This document shows positions 8,063 through 17,856 of a stretch of 64,000 nucleotides of DNA, piece after piece. The position numbers and the translations under genes were made by a program. The notes beneath the pieces are model-generated. The model worked only from the letters and a program-made list of their open reading frames with translations. It did not search any database and was not told the DNA's origin. Numbering within the stretch: position 1 is the stretch's first letter; the number at the start of each line of letters is the position of its first letter. Source of the stretch: Alphaproteobacteria bacterium (GTDB taxonomy: Bacteria; Pseudomonadota; Alphaproteobacteria; Bin95); NCBI GenBank assembly GCA_963665325.3, contig CAXXWS020000002.1:1-64000 (forward strand), written 5' to 3'.

Positions 8063-9247
8063 TCACGCCGCCTCGGCGTCGCCGGGCATGATCCAGGCGG
8101 CGATGCTGCCGCCGGTCCTGGCGGCGGCCGCCTTCTCGGCGTCGCGCACCAGGTGGGCGTATTTCGCGGTGGTGCCGACCCGGGCATGGCCGAGCAGGCG
8201 CCCGATGACCGGCAGGCCCTCGCCCAGCGCCAGCGCCCTGCTGGCGTAGCTGTGGCGGCAGTCGTGGAGCCGCACGTCATGGAGCCCGGCCGCCTTCCTG
8301 ACCCGCCGCCAGTGCCAGGACAGGCATGCCAGACGGCTCCGCGGCTTCGCGCCCCTGAGCACCCAGGGAACGCCGTCCTCCCGCTCGATGCCGTCCAGCA
8401 CCTTCAGCACCGGCCCTGTCAGCGGCACCATGCGCGGCCCCGTTTTCGAATCGCGGAGCCGCAAGACCCGCGCCGCGCGGTCGATGTCGTCCCATTGCAG
8501 GGTCAGGATCTCGTCCGAGCGGCAGCCGGTCAGCATCAGCAGGCGGATCGCCGCGATGGCCGAGGGCTGCATCGAGCCCTCGGCCTCGAAGGTCTTCAGC
8601 GTATCGCCGATGCGCCGGAACTCGTCGGGTGTCAGGAATCGCTCGCGGGGCGTGTCGCGGTACTGGCGGACATGCCGGCACGGGTTGCACCCGGGCGGGA
8701 CCATCTCCCAGCTCTCGGCCAGCGAGAACATCTTCGAGAGCACCCAGATCGCCTGGTTGGCCGCCGCCGGCGTGTCGCGCAGCCCGTGGTGAAGCCCCGC
8801 CGCGTCTTCCGGCGCGACGTCCTTCAGCGCCTTGGTCCCCAGCGCCGGCAGGATGTGGTTCTCGATGGACATGCGGTAGTTCTTCGCCGTGCTCGGCTTG
8901 CAGCGCGCCGCGACATGGTCCTTCAGACAGAGTGCCGCCAGGTCGGCGACGGTGGGCTCGGGCGCCGATTCCGGCGGCATGGGGTCCTCGCCCCGCTTGA
9001 TGCGGTCGATGGCCGCCGCGGCCTCGCGGCGGCGCTCCTCGACGGTCCTGTCGCCGGCCGGCCCGAGCGTCGCCCGCCTCAGGCCCGCCGGCCCCCTCGA
9101 CTGGACGATGTAGAGCTTGCGCCCGGTGGCATGGACCCTGACCCCGAAGCCGGCGAGGTCGCGGTCCCAGAAGATGGCGTCCTTGCCGCCGGGTTTGAGC
9201 CCGTCCACAATCCTCTTCGTCAGCCTGAGGGTGCTCCGTTTCGGCAT
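8063..9247 (-). CDS. Tyrosine recombinase / integrase B (P4-like)
   Basis: LTGCRSDE, SKTG, HDCRHSYAS, LLGH, TAKYAH; start MPKRSTLRLTKR at 9247. Confidence 0.95.
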   Translation of the reverse strand: MPKRSTLRLTKRIVDGLKPGGKDAIFWDRDLAGFGVRVHATGRKLYIVQSRGPAGLRRATLGPAGDRTVEERRREAAAAIDRIKRGEDPMPPESAPEPTVADLAALCLKDHVAARCKPSTAKNYRMSIENHILPALGTKALKDVAPEDAAGLHHGLRDTPAAANQAIWVLSKMFSLAESWEMVPPGCNPCRHVRQYRDTPRERFLTPDEFRRIGDTLKTFEAEGSMQPSAIAAIRLLMLTGCRSDEILTLQWDDIDRAARVLRLRDSKTGPRMVPLTGPVLKVLDGIEREDGVPWVLRGAKPRSRLACLSWHWRRVRKAAGLHDVRLHDCRHSYASRALALGEGLPVIGRLLGHARVGTTAKYAHLVRDAEKAAAARTGGSIAAWIMPGDAEAA

Positions 9248-9375
9248 CGGAAAGCGTTCGGTCACGCGGTGATGGAGGGGACGATGGCGCAGAGCGACAG
9301 CGGGCGAAGCCCGGCAAAATGTGGTGTTGGCATCGTCGTCCTCATCATCGTCACCCTTTGACCGAACGCTTTCCG
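9248..9375. promoter_or_regulatory. 17-bp perfect inverted repeat (long hairpin) abutting the integrase B start codon
   Basis: CGGAAAGCGTTCGGTCA (9248-9264) and TGACCGAACGCTTTCCG (9359-9375), with further imperfect pairing inside. Confidence 0.65.
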
Positions 9376-9587
9376 GCATCGTCGCGCTCCGCCCCGAAAT
9401 GCCCGCATATCGGTCATCAAACCGCATACGAGCAACATCAAATCGGGGGCGATTGAAGGCGATGCCTGGCGGGAAGTCAAGGGTTCGGAGGCCGGTGAAG
9501 ACAGAAAAATATCAAACATTACAATGCGCTATCATACTTTCGACACTGGACGGCGAACGATGGCGGGGATTGGCAACAGTTCGATGC

Positions 9588-9680
9588 GACCCCGGAACAA
9601 GTCCGGGCATGACGAAAAGGGGGCGTCGGGCCATGACCGAAAGGGGGAGGCCGGCAGTGACGACAGGGGGTGCGCCCCGG
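9588..9680. repeat. REP-like half element plus three degenerate 24-bp tandem units
   Basis: CCCGGA-ACAAG-TCCGGG-CATGACG hairpin; (A/G)TGAC..A(A)GGGGG units start at 9609, 9633 and 9657. Confidence 0.5.
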
Positions 9681-9971
9681 CTACGGGGGTGGCGGCCCCA
9701 TGCCGAGCGCGCTCTTGTAGAGGTCGAGCAGCGCCTCCTGCTCGGCGCGGTCGTCGCTGTCCATCTTCCTCAGCCGCACGATCTGGCGCATGGTCTTCGT
9801 ATCGAAGCCGTGCGACTTGGCCTCCGCATAGACCTCGCGGATATCGGCCATCAGCGCTGCCTTTTCCTCCTCCAGCCGCTCCACCCGCTCGACGAACGAG
9901 CGGAGCTGGCCGGCGGTGACGCCGCGGATATCGTCCTCCGGCGTCCCCCCGTCTCCTGCGCTGTCCGGCAC
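9681..9971 (-). CDS. gapR: DUF2312 / UPF0335 nucleoid-associated protein (GapR-like)
   Basis: 'QLRSFVERVERLEEEK...DIREVYAEAKSHGFDTK.MRQIVRLRK...EQEALLDLY..ALGM'. Confidence 0.9.
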   Translation of the reverse strand: MPDSAGDGGTPEDDIRGVTAGQLRSFVERVERLEEEKAALMADIREVYAEAKSHGFDTKTMRQIVRLRKMDSDDRAEQEALLDLYKSALGMGPPPP

Positions 9972-9974
9972 GGG

Positions 9975-10265
9975 TCAGTGCCCCCGGGTCTTGAGGGTGG
10001 CAAGCTGCTCCGGCGTCGCTTCCTTCTGGTGCTTCGCCTTGTAGTCGCCGTAGGGCATGCCATAGACGATCTCGCGCGCCGCCTCGTATTCCATGTCGAG
10101 GCCGCGCTCCTCGGCCGCCTCCCGGTACCATCGGGACAGGCAGTTGCGGCAGAAGCCGGCGAGGTTCATCAGGTCGATGTTCTGGACCTCGGGATTGTCG
10201 CGCAGATGCTGCACCAGCGTGCGGAAGGCGGCTGCCTCCAGTTCGGTCGTCGTCTTGTCGGTCAT
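9975..10265 (-). CDS. DUF1244 protein
   Basis: 'ELEAAAFRTLVQHL...VQNIDLMNLAGFCRNCLSRWY...REIVYGMPY'. Confidence 0.9.
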   Translation of the reverse strand: MTDKTTTELEAAAFRTLVQHLRDNPEVQNIDLMNLAGFCRNCLSRWYREAAEERGLDMEYEAAREIVYGMPYGDYKAKHQKEATPEQLATLKTRGH

Positions 10266-10318
10266 GGGTCTCGCTACTCAATCGCCACGGAAGAGGGTGA
10301 TGGCTAAACTAGCCGATC

Positions 10319-11530
10319 ATGCAGCCGGAATCGATCCTTCGCCGGGCCTTCGAACGCGCCGTCGCCCGCGCTGACCCGGCGCTGTCGCTCGCCCGCCACC
10401 TGCCGGAGCCGCCCGCCGGGCGCACCTTCGCGGCGGCGGCGGGCAAGGCGGCGGGGTCCATGGCGGCGGCCCTGGAGGCGGCCTGGCCCGGCCCGCTGGA
10501 GGGCATTGCCGTCACCCGCTACGGCCACGGCGTCCCGTGCTCGCGGATCGAGGTCATCGAGGCGGGCCACCCCATGCCCGACGAGGCCGGGCGAGCGGCG
10601 GCGGGGCGAATTCTCGAAGCGGCGCGCGCGCTGGGCCCGGACGACCTCTTCCTGTTCCTCGCCTCGGGCGGCGGCTCGGCGCTGCTGACCATGCCGCTCG
10701 CGGGCATTCCCTTCGAGACCAAGCAGGACGTGACCGCGCGCCTGCTGGCCTCCGGCGCCTCGATCCACGAGATCAACGCGGTGCGCAAGCACATGTCGGC
10801 GGTGAAGGGCGGGCGGCTGGCGGCCGCGGCCTTCCCGGCCCGCACCGTGACGCTCGCCATCTCCGACGTGCCGGGCGACGACCCGGCCGTCATTGCGTCG
10901 GGCCCGACCGTGCCGGACCCGACGGTGCTTGCCGATGCCGGGCGGGTGCTTGCGGCTTACGGGATCGCGCCGGTGGACGGCATGGAGGAAACGCCGAAGG
11001 CGCTGGAGCGATCGGAGTTCCGCCTGATCGCCACGCCCCGGGAATGCCTGCTGGACGCCGCACCGGACGGGCCGCCGGCCTGGCTGTTGTCCGACCGGAT
11101 CGAGGGCGAGGCGCGTGAGGCGGGCAAGGTCATGGCCGGCATCGCGCTGCATGCCCGCGCGTTCGGCGCGCCCTTCCCGCCACCCTGCCTGCTGCTCTCC
11201 GGCGGCGAGACGACCGTGACGGTGCGCGGCAAGGGCAGGGGCGGGCGAAACCTGGAGTTCCTGCTGGGCCTCGCGCTCGCGCTCGACGGCGCCCCCGGCA
11301 TCCATGCGATTGCCTGCGACACGGACGGGATCGACGGGGCGAGCGGGTGCGCCGGCGCGCTGCTCCGCCCGGACAGCCTGGCGCGGGCCCGCGCGCTCGG
11401 CCTCGACCCGGCCGAGCGGCTCGGCGCGAACGACGCCCATGCCGTGTTCGCCGCGCTCGGCGACCTGGTCGTCACCGGGCCGACACGCACCAACGTCAAC
11501 GATTTCCGCGCTATCCTGATCGAACGGTAA
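10319..11530 (+). CDS. Glycerate 2-kinase (TtuD/MOFRL family)
   Basis: 'GKAA..MA', 'EAGHPMPD', 'SGGGSAL', 'SDVPGDD...IASGPT', 'GGETTV...GRGGRN.E', 'TGPTRTNVND'. Confidence 0.93.
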   Translation: MQPESILRRAFERAVARADPALSLARHLPEPPAGRTFAAAAGKAAGSMAAALEAAWPGPLEGIAVTRYGHGVPCSRIEVIEAGHPMPDEAGRAAAGRILEAARALGPDDLFLFLASGGGSALLTMPLAGIPFETKQDVTARLLASGASIHEINAVRKHMSAVKGGRLAAAAFPARTVTLAISDVPGDDPAVIASGPTVPDPTVLADAGRVLAAYGIAPVDGMEETPKALERSEFRLIATPRECLLDAAPDGPPAWLLSDRIEGEAREAGKVMAGIALHARAFGAPFPPPCLLLSGGETTVTVRGKGRGGRNLEFLLGLALALDGAPGIHAIACDTDGIDGASGCAGALLRPDSLARARALGLDPAERLGANDAHAVFAALGDLVVTGPTRTNVNDFRAILIER

Positions 11531-11543
11531 CGGGGAGGACGCG

Positions 11544-12968
11544 ATGCGCCGCAAGCGAAGGGCCAAGATCGTCGCGACGCTCGGACCGGCGACCTCGAGC
11601 GCGGAAGCCATCAACGGGCTTTTCGAGGCGGGCGTCGATGTGTTCCGCTTCAATTTCAGCCACGGGCGGCCGGAAGACCACGCAAGGCGGCACCGCATCC
11701 TGCGCGAGCTGGAGCGCCATGCGTTCCGCCCGATAGGCATCATGGCGGACATGCAGGGCCCCAAGCTGCGCGTCGGCGCCTTCGAGGGCGGGAGCGTCGA
11801 GCTGGAGCCGGGCCGGCGTTTCATGCTGGACCGCTCGGACCGGCCCGGCAGCGCTGCCCGCGCCTCGGTGCCGCATCCGGAGATCTTCTCCGCCGTCCGC
11901 GCGGGCGACGACATCCTCCTCGACGACGGGCGGCTCAGGCTGAAGGTGCTCTCCAGGTCCGATGCCGCGCTGGAGACGGAGGTGGTCGACGGCGGGCGTC
12001 TGAGCGACCGCAAGGGCGTCAACCTGCCGGGCGTCGTGCTGCCGATCTCGCCGCTGACGGACAAGGACCGCACGGACCTGCGCTTCGCGCTCGGGCTCGG
12101 CGTGGAGTGGATCGCGCTCTCCTTCGTGCAGCGCCCCGAGGACGTGGCGGAAGCGCGCCGGCTGATCGGCGACCGCGCGCATGTCCTGGTCAAGGTTGAG
12201 AAGCCGGCCGCGCTCGACTGCATCGAGGAGATCACCGCGGCCGCCGACGCCGTGATGGTGGCGAGGGGCGACCTCGGCGTCGAAATGCCGCCGGAGGAGG
12301 TTCCTGTCGCGCAGAAGACCATCGTGCGCACCTGCCGCGATGCCGGCAAGCCGGTGATCGTGGCCACCCAGATGCTGGAGTCGATGGTGCATGCGCCCGC
12401 GCCCACACGCGCCGAGGTCTCCGATGTGGCGACGGCGGTCTATGACGGCGCCGACGCGGTGATGCTGTCGGCGGAAACCGCGGCCGGCGCCTATCCGGTG
12501 GCGGCGGTCGAGATCATGGGCCGGGTAATCGACCGGATCGAGCGCGACCCGTCGCACTGGCGCATCCTGGCGGCCGAGCGGCGTCCGCCCATGGCGACTT
12601 CGGCGGATGCGATTTCGGCGGCTGCCCACCAGGTGGCGGACACCGTCGGCGCCGCCGCCATCGTAACCTACACGACCTCCGGCTCGACCACGCTTCGCGC
12701 CGCCCGCGAGCGCCCGGAGCAGCCGATCCTGGGCATCACCTCCGAGCTTGCGACGGCGCGGCGTCTGTCGCTGACCTGCGGCGTGCACAGCGTGCATACG
12801 GCCGATGTGCGCGACTTCGACGAAATGGTGCGCAAGGCGGTCGCCGCCGCCGCGCTCGAGGATGTCGCCGGGCCGGGCGACACCGTGGTCATCACTGCCG
12901 GCGTGCCTTTCGGCACCCCCGGCGCCACCAACGTGCTGCGCATCGCCCGCATCCCGCCCGACGAGTGA
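11544..12968 (+). CDS. pyk: Pyruvate kinase
   Basis: 'KIVATLGPA', 'FRFNFSHG', 'DMQGPKLR', 'MVARGDLGVE', 'ATQMLESM', 'DAVMLSAETA'. Confidence 0.97.
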   Translation: MRRKRRAKIVATLGPATSSAEAINGLFEAGVDVFRFNFSHGRPEDHARRHRILRELERHAFRPIGIMADMQGPKLRVGAFEGGSVELEPGRRFMLDRSDRPGSAARASVPHPEIFSAVRAGDDILLDDGRLRLKVLSRSDAALETEVVDGGRLSDRKGVNLPGVVLPISPLTDKDRTDLRFALGLGVEWIALSFVQRPEDVAEARRLIGDRAHVLVKVEKPAALDCIEEITAAADAVMVARGDLGVEMPPEEVPVAQKTIVRTCRDAGKPVIVATQMLESMVHAPAPTRAEVSDVATAVYDGADAVMLSAETAAGAYPVAAVEIMGRVIDRIERDPSHWRILAAERRPPMATSADAISAAAHQVADTVGAAAIVTYTTSGSTTLRAARERPEQPILGITSELATARRLSLTCGVHSVHTADVRDFDEMVRKAVAAAALEDVAGPGDTVVITAGVPFGTPGATNVLRIARIPPDE

Positions 12969-13045
12969 TGTCCCGGGCCCGGAGCGAGCGGCGAGAACCG
13001 TCCACCGAAGTGGTATCCTGCCGTCTGCAACCGGAGGCGCACGCG

Positions 13046-14362
13046 ATGTCCCTGTCCGAAGCCGAGCATGTTTTCCGCTATACCAACGAGTTCTCGGACA
13101 CGATCATCGCCAGTGCGGACGGCGCCATCGTTCGCGACCGCGACGGGAGGGAAATCCTCGATTTCACCTCCGGGCAGATGAGCGCCATTCTCGGCCATGC
13201 CCACCCGGAGATCGTCGCGACCGTAAGGGACGCCATCGAACGGCTGGACCATGTCCACAGCAGCTTCCTTTCCGACCCGGTCATCGATCTGGCGAACGCG
13301 CTCACCGATCTCCTGCCGGACACCCTGTCGAAGGTGCTGCCGCTCAGCACCGGGGGCGAGTCCAACGAGGCGGCGCTCAAGATGGCCAAGCTCGCAACGG
13401 GCCGGTACGAGATCGTCGCGTTCGACCGGTCATGGCACGGCATCACCGGCGGCGCCGGCTCGGCGACATTCAACGGCGCCAGGCGGGGCTACGGTGCAAC
13501 AATACCCGGCGTGCTGGCGCTGCCGACGCCGCATGCCTATCGCTCGCCCTTCGCCTCCAACGGCGAGTATGACTGGCGCACGGAGCTCGACTGGGGCTTC
13601 GAGAGCATCGACCGGCAATCGACCGGCAGCCTCGCCGCCATGATCCTGGAGCCGATCCTGAGCTCGGGCGGCGTCATCGAGCTTCCCGACGGCTACCTGA
13701 CCGCGCTCGCCGAGCACTGCCGGACGCGCGGCATGCTGCTCATCTACGACGAGGCGCAAACCGGGCTCGGGCGCACCGGGGACCGGTTCGCCTTCGAGCA
13801 TGAGGGCGTGGTCCCCGACATCCTGACGCTATCCAAGACCCTGGGCGCGGGCCTGCCGCTGTCCGCCACGATCGCTTCGGCCGAGCTGGAAGAGGCGTGC
13901 TACGAGAACGACTTCCTCTTCTACACGACCCATACCGCCGACCCGCTGCCGGCGGCGGTGGGCACCAAGGTGGTCGAGATCGTGGTCCGCGACCGGCTCG
14001 AGGAGCGCGCCCGTGAATTGGGAGCCTATATGAAGGGCATCCTGCTGGACCTGCAGCAGCGCCACGAGGCCATCGGCGATGTGCGCGGCCGCGGCCTGCT
14101 GCTGGGAATTGAGCTGGTAGAGGACCGGCACGGCAGGAAACCCGCGCACGAGCTGGGCCATGCGGTCGGACGGCGCTGCATCGAGCTGGGCGCGAGCCTC
14201 AACATCGCCCGGCAGGCAAGTGCGCATATTTTCCGCATCGCGCCGCCTCTGACGGTCACCCGCGGTCAGATCGACACGGCAATGGCCATACTGGATCAGG
14301 CACTGACGGAGTGCGCCGGGCGGCTCAGGCGCCCGGATACAGGCCAGAGATCTCCCGCCTGA
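13046..14362 (+). CDS. Class III PLP aminotransferase, 2,2-dialkylglycine decarboxylase (DgdA)-like
   Basis: 'ILDFTSGQMSAILGH.HPEIV', 'LSTGGESNEAA', 'DEAQTG.GRTG', 'PDILTLSKTLGAGLP', 'FYTTH..DPLPAAVG'. Confidence 0.85.
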   Translation: MSLSEAEHVFRYTNEFSDTIIASADGAIVRDRDGREILDFTSGQMSAILGHAHPEIVATVRDAIERLDHVHSSFLSDPVIDLANALTDLLPDTLSKVLPLSTGGESNEAALKMAKLATGRYEIVAFDRSWHGITGGAGSATFNGARRGYGATIPGVLALPTPHAYRSPFASNGEYDWRTELDWGFESIDRQSTGSLAAMILEPILSSGGVIELPDGYLTALAEHCRTRGMLLIYDEAQTGLGRTGDRFAFEHEGVVPDILTLSKTLGAGLPLSATIASAELEEACYENDFLFYTTHTADPLPAAVGTKVVEIVVRDRLEERARELGAYMKGILLDLQQRHEAIGDVRGRGLLLGIELVEDRHGRKPAHELGHAVGRRCIELGASLNIARQASAHIFRIAPPLTVTRGQIDTAMAILDQALTECAGRLRRPDTGQRSPA

Positions 14363-14369
14363 CGATCCG

Positions 14370-14520
14370 CGCCGCCTCCGCCTGCGGATCGGCGTCCTCC
14401 AGCAGCATGACCACGGCGAGGTCGAGGCCGCCCGTCTCGACCGCCTGCCGGAGCGAGGGGCCGTTCCTGCAGCGGATGTCGAGCTCCAGCGCCGTATAGG
14501 TCTCCCGCGTCCGCTGCCGG
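14370..14520 (-). pseudogene. Remnant of a LysR-type regulator effector domain
   Basis: Minus-frame peptide 'ETYTALELDIRCRNGPSLRQAVETGGLDLAVV' resembles the LTTR 'P.v.l.......l...l..GelDlaiv' motif; no HTH or start codon. Confidence 0.45.
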
Positions 14521-14529
14521 TCGCCTGAA

Positions 14530-15819
14530 CTACCCTGTCGCCGCCCGCAATTCGGCGAGCGGCGGCGCGGTCGCGTGGATGGGGCGGCGGAGTATGAGGA
14601 GGCGGCGGGCCTCTTCCGTGCGGGCGCTGCGAAGGAGGGCTCCCAGCAGCGCGAATTCCAACAGGTCGCGTTGGGCCCGGCTGCCGCCGATACGCTCATG
14701 CCCGGCCATCCAGGGGGCCAGCAGCGCGATCGCCCCATCCCAGTCGCCCCGCGCGTAGGCGCCGAGGGCTTCGGCCAAGCCCGACACCATATCGCCAGCG
14801 GGGCCGGCGGCAGCCTCGGCAATGCGCGCAAGGGCGTCGCCGCGCCCGGCCATAGCGTGCGCCAGCGCCGCGTGAATGTCGGCGAAAGCGATGCCGGGAT
14901 CGGGGAAGAACTCGGCGGCATAGTCGCTGAGACGCTGCCAGATGCCGTCCGGCACGGTTGCGCCGGCTAGCTCGGCGCGCAGCACGAAAGCGGCGCTGTC
15001 GGTCAGCACATTGATCGGCGGTCCCCAGGCGCCGTCCGGCGCGACATCGGCTTCGAACACGCGCCAGGCCTCGTCCGTTTGGCCGGCCTCGGCCCGCCAG
15101 ATCGCAACATGCCAGGCGATATGGCAGGAAAGCTGCGCCTCCCGGTCGTAGTCCTGCCGCCAGGCGTCCAGGCGGGCAAGGCCGGCCTCGCGCTCTCCCG
15201 CTTCGTAGTGGACGTGGGCGCGGATATGCGCCGCGTTGGCATTGCGCGGATTGCCCTCGAGCGAGCGCTCGAGCAGGCGCTCGGCTTCCGCCACCTGGCC
15301 GGCCTCGACCTGCGAGAAGCCGTGTTGGGCGAGGAACCACCAGTCGTCGCCGTAATGGGGCGCCAGCCGGTCGGTGAAGGCAAGCTGCTCCGCCTCGCGC
15401 CCAGCGCGGCCGCTGAAGCCGATCAGCCCGAACACGCCACAGCAGGGCTGCGCGATCATCGCGTCGTGCGGCCAGTCCTTGAGATGGGCGAGAATGGCGG
15501 CATAGGCGCCCGGCCCGTCGCCGTCGATCAGTAGGCCGAGAGCGTTGAGATGGCCCGCCTCCCTGGCGGAGCATCCGTTGGCGGCAGCCCGTGCCTCGGC
15601 GATCGATTCGCGCGCCTCCCGCGCCCGGCCCCGCATCTGCATCGCCCGCGCCCGACCGGCATGGGCCAGCGCAAAGGACGGGTCTTCAAGGGCGGCGCGT
15701 GCAAACGCCTGCTCGGCGCCGGCATTGGCGCCGAGGAACAGGTCCATGGCCTCGACATAGGCGTCGCGCGCGGTTGCGCTGCCTGTCGAGAGCGCGAGGC
15801 CGTAGCGGTCTTCCAGCAT
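14530..15819 (-). CDS. TPR protein, TTC38-like family
   Basis: 'DRYGLALST.S..A.DAY', 'AHIRAHVHYE', 'CHIAWH.A', 'RIGGSRAQRDL'. Confidence 0.85.
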   Translation of the reverse strand: MLEDRYGLALSTGSATARDAYVEAMDLFLGANAGAEQAFARAALEDPSFALAHAGRARAMQMRGRAREARESIAEARAAANGCSAREAGHLNALGLLIDGDGPGAYAAILAHLKDWPHDAMIAQPCCGVFGLIGFSGRAGREAEQLAFTDRLAPHYGDDWWFLAQHGFSQVEAGQVAEAERLLERSLEGNPRNANAAHIRAHVHYEAGEREAGLARLDAWRQDYDREAQLSCHIAWHVAIWRAEAGQTDEAWRVFEADVAPDGAWGPPINVLTDSAAFVLRAELAGATVPDGIWQRLSDYAAEFFPDPGIAFADIHAALAHAMAGRGDALARIAEAAAGPAGDMVSGLAEALGAYARGDWDGAIALLAPWMAGHERIGGSRAQRDLLEFALLGALLRSARTEEARRLLILRRPIHATAPPLAELRAATG

Positions 15820-15841
15820 CCGCTGTGTTCTCCCCTGGCCG

Positions 15842-17788
15842 TCAGGAGCGGCGGTTGCGCCGATTCTCGATCAGGTCTTCCACCACGGCCGGCTCGGCGA
15901 GCGTCGAGGTGTCGCCCAGATTCCCGAAATCGTCCTCGGCGATCTTGCGCAGGATGCGGCGCATGATCTTGCCGGACCGCGTCTTGGGCAGTCCCGGCGC
16001 CCACTGGATCAGGTCCGGCGTCGCGATCGGGCCGATTTCCGTGCGCACCCAGCGAACCAGCTCGGCATTCAGATCGTCGGAGGGGTCCTCGCCGAGATTG
16101 AGCGTCACATAGGCGTAGATGCCCTGGCCCTTGATGTCGTGCGGATAGCCGACCACTGCGGCCTCCGCGACCTTGGCGTGGGCCACCAGCGCGCTCTCGA
16201 CCTCGGCCGTGCCCATGCGGTGGCCGGAGACGTTGATGACATCGTCCACCCGCCCGGTGATCCAGAAATAGCCGTCCTCGTCCCGGATCGCGCCGTCGCC
16301 GGTGAAATACATGCCTTCATAGGTCGAGAAATAGGTGTCGATGAAACGCTGGTGGTCGCCATAGACCGTACGCATCTGGCCCGGCCAGCTGTCGAGGATA
16401 ACGAGATTGCCCGAGGTCGCGCCTTCCAGCAGCGCGCCTTCATTGTCCACGAGCGCAGGCCTGACGCCGAAGAAGGGCTTGGTGGCCGACCCCGGCTTGA
16501 GGTCGGTCGCGCCCGGCAGCGGGGTTATCAGGTGGCCACCCGTTTCGGTCTGCCACCAGGTATCCACGATCGGGCAGCGGCCGTCGCCCACCACGTCGTA
16601 GTACCAGAGCCATGCCTCCGGATTGATCGGCTCGCCGACCGTGCCGAGAATGCGCAGGCTCTTGCGCGAGGTGGCCTTGACGGGGTCGTCGCCCTCCCGC
16701 ATCAGCGCCCGGATTGCGGTGGGTGCGGTGTAGAAGATCGAGACATTGTGCTTGTCGCAGACCTGCCAGAAGCGCGAGCTGTCCGGATAGTTCGGCACGC
16801 CCTCGAACATCACCGTGACCGCGCCGTTGGCGAGCGGCCCGTAGAGGATGTAGCTGTGGCCCGTGACCCAGCCGACATCGGCGGTGCACCAGAAGACTTC
16901 GCCGTCGCGATAGTCGAAGGTGAGCCGGTGCGTCATCGAGGCAAAGGTGAGGTAACCGCCGGTCGTATGCAGCACGCCCTTGGGCTGGCCGGTCGAGCCG
17001 GAGGTGTAGAGGATGAAGAGCGGATCCTCGGCGCCCATCTCCTCGGGCGGACAGTCGGCGGAAGCCCCCTCCATCTCGTCCTCGTACCAGTAGTCCCGGC
17101 CGTCCACCCAGCCGATCTCGCCCGCGGTACGGCGCACCACGATGCACGTCGTGCAGTCGGGGCAGGAGGCGAGTGCCGCGTCGGTATTGGCCTTGAGCGG
17201 AACCGTGCGACCGCCGCGCAGGCCCTCATCGGCTGTGATGACCACCGTTGAAGCGCAGTCGGTAATGCGCCCGGCAAGTGCGTCCGGCGAAAAGCCGCCG
17301 AAGACGACCGAGTGGATCGCGCCGATGCGTGCGCAGGCAAGCACGGCGACCGCGATTTCCGGGATCATCGGCAGGTAGATGGTGACCCGGTCGCCGCGCT
17401 TCACCCCCCGCGCCTTCAGCACGTTTGCAAATTTGCAAACCCGCTCATGCAGGTCGCGATAGGTGATGTGCTCCGAGAGCGCCGGGTCGTCGCCCTCCCA
17501 GATGATTGCGGTCTGCTCGCCGCGCTCGGCAAGATGCCGGTCGAGGCAGTTCGCCGAGGCGTTGAGCGTGCCGTCCTCGAACCAGCGGATATGCAGATCG
17601 TCCTTCGCCCAGGACACGTCCTTCACCCTGGTGAACGGCTTGATCCAGTCGAGTCTCCCGGCCTGCTCTGCCCAGAAGCCTTCCGGGTCCTCCACCGACC
17701 GGCGGTACATCGCCTCATAGGCCGCCGCATCTATATGGGCGCTCTTCGCCGTCTCGGCCGTGACCGGAAAAATCGTCCGCTCGCTCAT
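15842..17788 (-). CDS. acs: Acetyl-CoA synthetase
   Basis: '[13 protein letters not shown]', '[12 protein letters not shown]', '[10 protein letters not shown]', '[15 protein letters not shown]'; true start is MSERTIFPV (17788). Confidence 0.97.
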   Translation of the reverse strand: MSERTIFPVTAETAKSAHIDAAAYEAMYRRSVEDPEGFWAEQAGRLDWIKPFTRVKDVSWAKDDLHIRWFEDGTLNASANCLDRHLAERGEQTAIIWEGDDPALSEHITYRDLHERVCKFANVLKARGVKRGDRVTIYLPMIPEIAVAVLACARIGAIHSVVFGGFSPDALAGRITDCASTVVITADEGLRGGRTVPLKANTDAALASCPDCTTCIVVRRTAGEIGWVDGRDYWYEDEMEGASADCPPEEMGAEDPLFILYTSGSTGQPKGVLHTTGGYLTFASMTHRLTFDYRDGEVFWCTADVGWVTGHSYILYGPLANGAVTVMFEGVPNYPDSSRFWQVCDKHNVSIFYTAPTAIRALMREGDDPVKATSRKSLRILGTVGEPINPEAWLWYYDVVGDGRCPIVDTWWQTETGGHLITPLPGATDLKPGSATKPFFGVRPALVDNEGALLEGATSGNLVILDSWPGQMRTVYGDHQRFIDTYFSTYEGMYFTGDGAIRDEDGYFWITGRVDDVINVSGHRMGTAEVESALVAHAKVAEAAVVGYPHDIKGQGIYAYVTLNLGEDPSDDLNAELVRWVRTEIGPIATPDLIQWAPGLPKTRSGKIMRRILRKIAEDDFGNLGDTSTLAEPAVVEDLIENRRNRRS

Positions 17789-17856
17789 CGCCATCGCCTC
17801 CCGTTCGTTCCCGAACCCACCCGATAGTCGCGCCGCCGGGCGGTTTTTTCCAGACC

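Larger units (their letters stand above)
1..9590 (-). mobile_element. Right end of an integrative (probably conjugative) element / genomic island; extends beyond the left window edge
   Basis: Two tyrosine integrases at the boundary, then a Fic TA pair, ssb, DUF4326 and DUF2493, all co-oriented. An AT-richer segment at ~9500-9580 precedes chromosomal gapR. The exact att site was not identified. Confidence 0.8.

Noticed and set aside
9420-9600. tRNA/tmRNA integration target next to the integrases
   Set aside because: No cloverleaf, TTCGA-containing T-arm with a proper stem, or CCA end could be built.
9609-9680. 24-bp periodic units as a mini CRISPR array
   Set aside because: The units are adjacent and degenerate, with no unique spacers and no cas genes.
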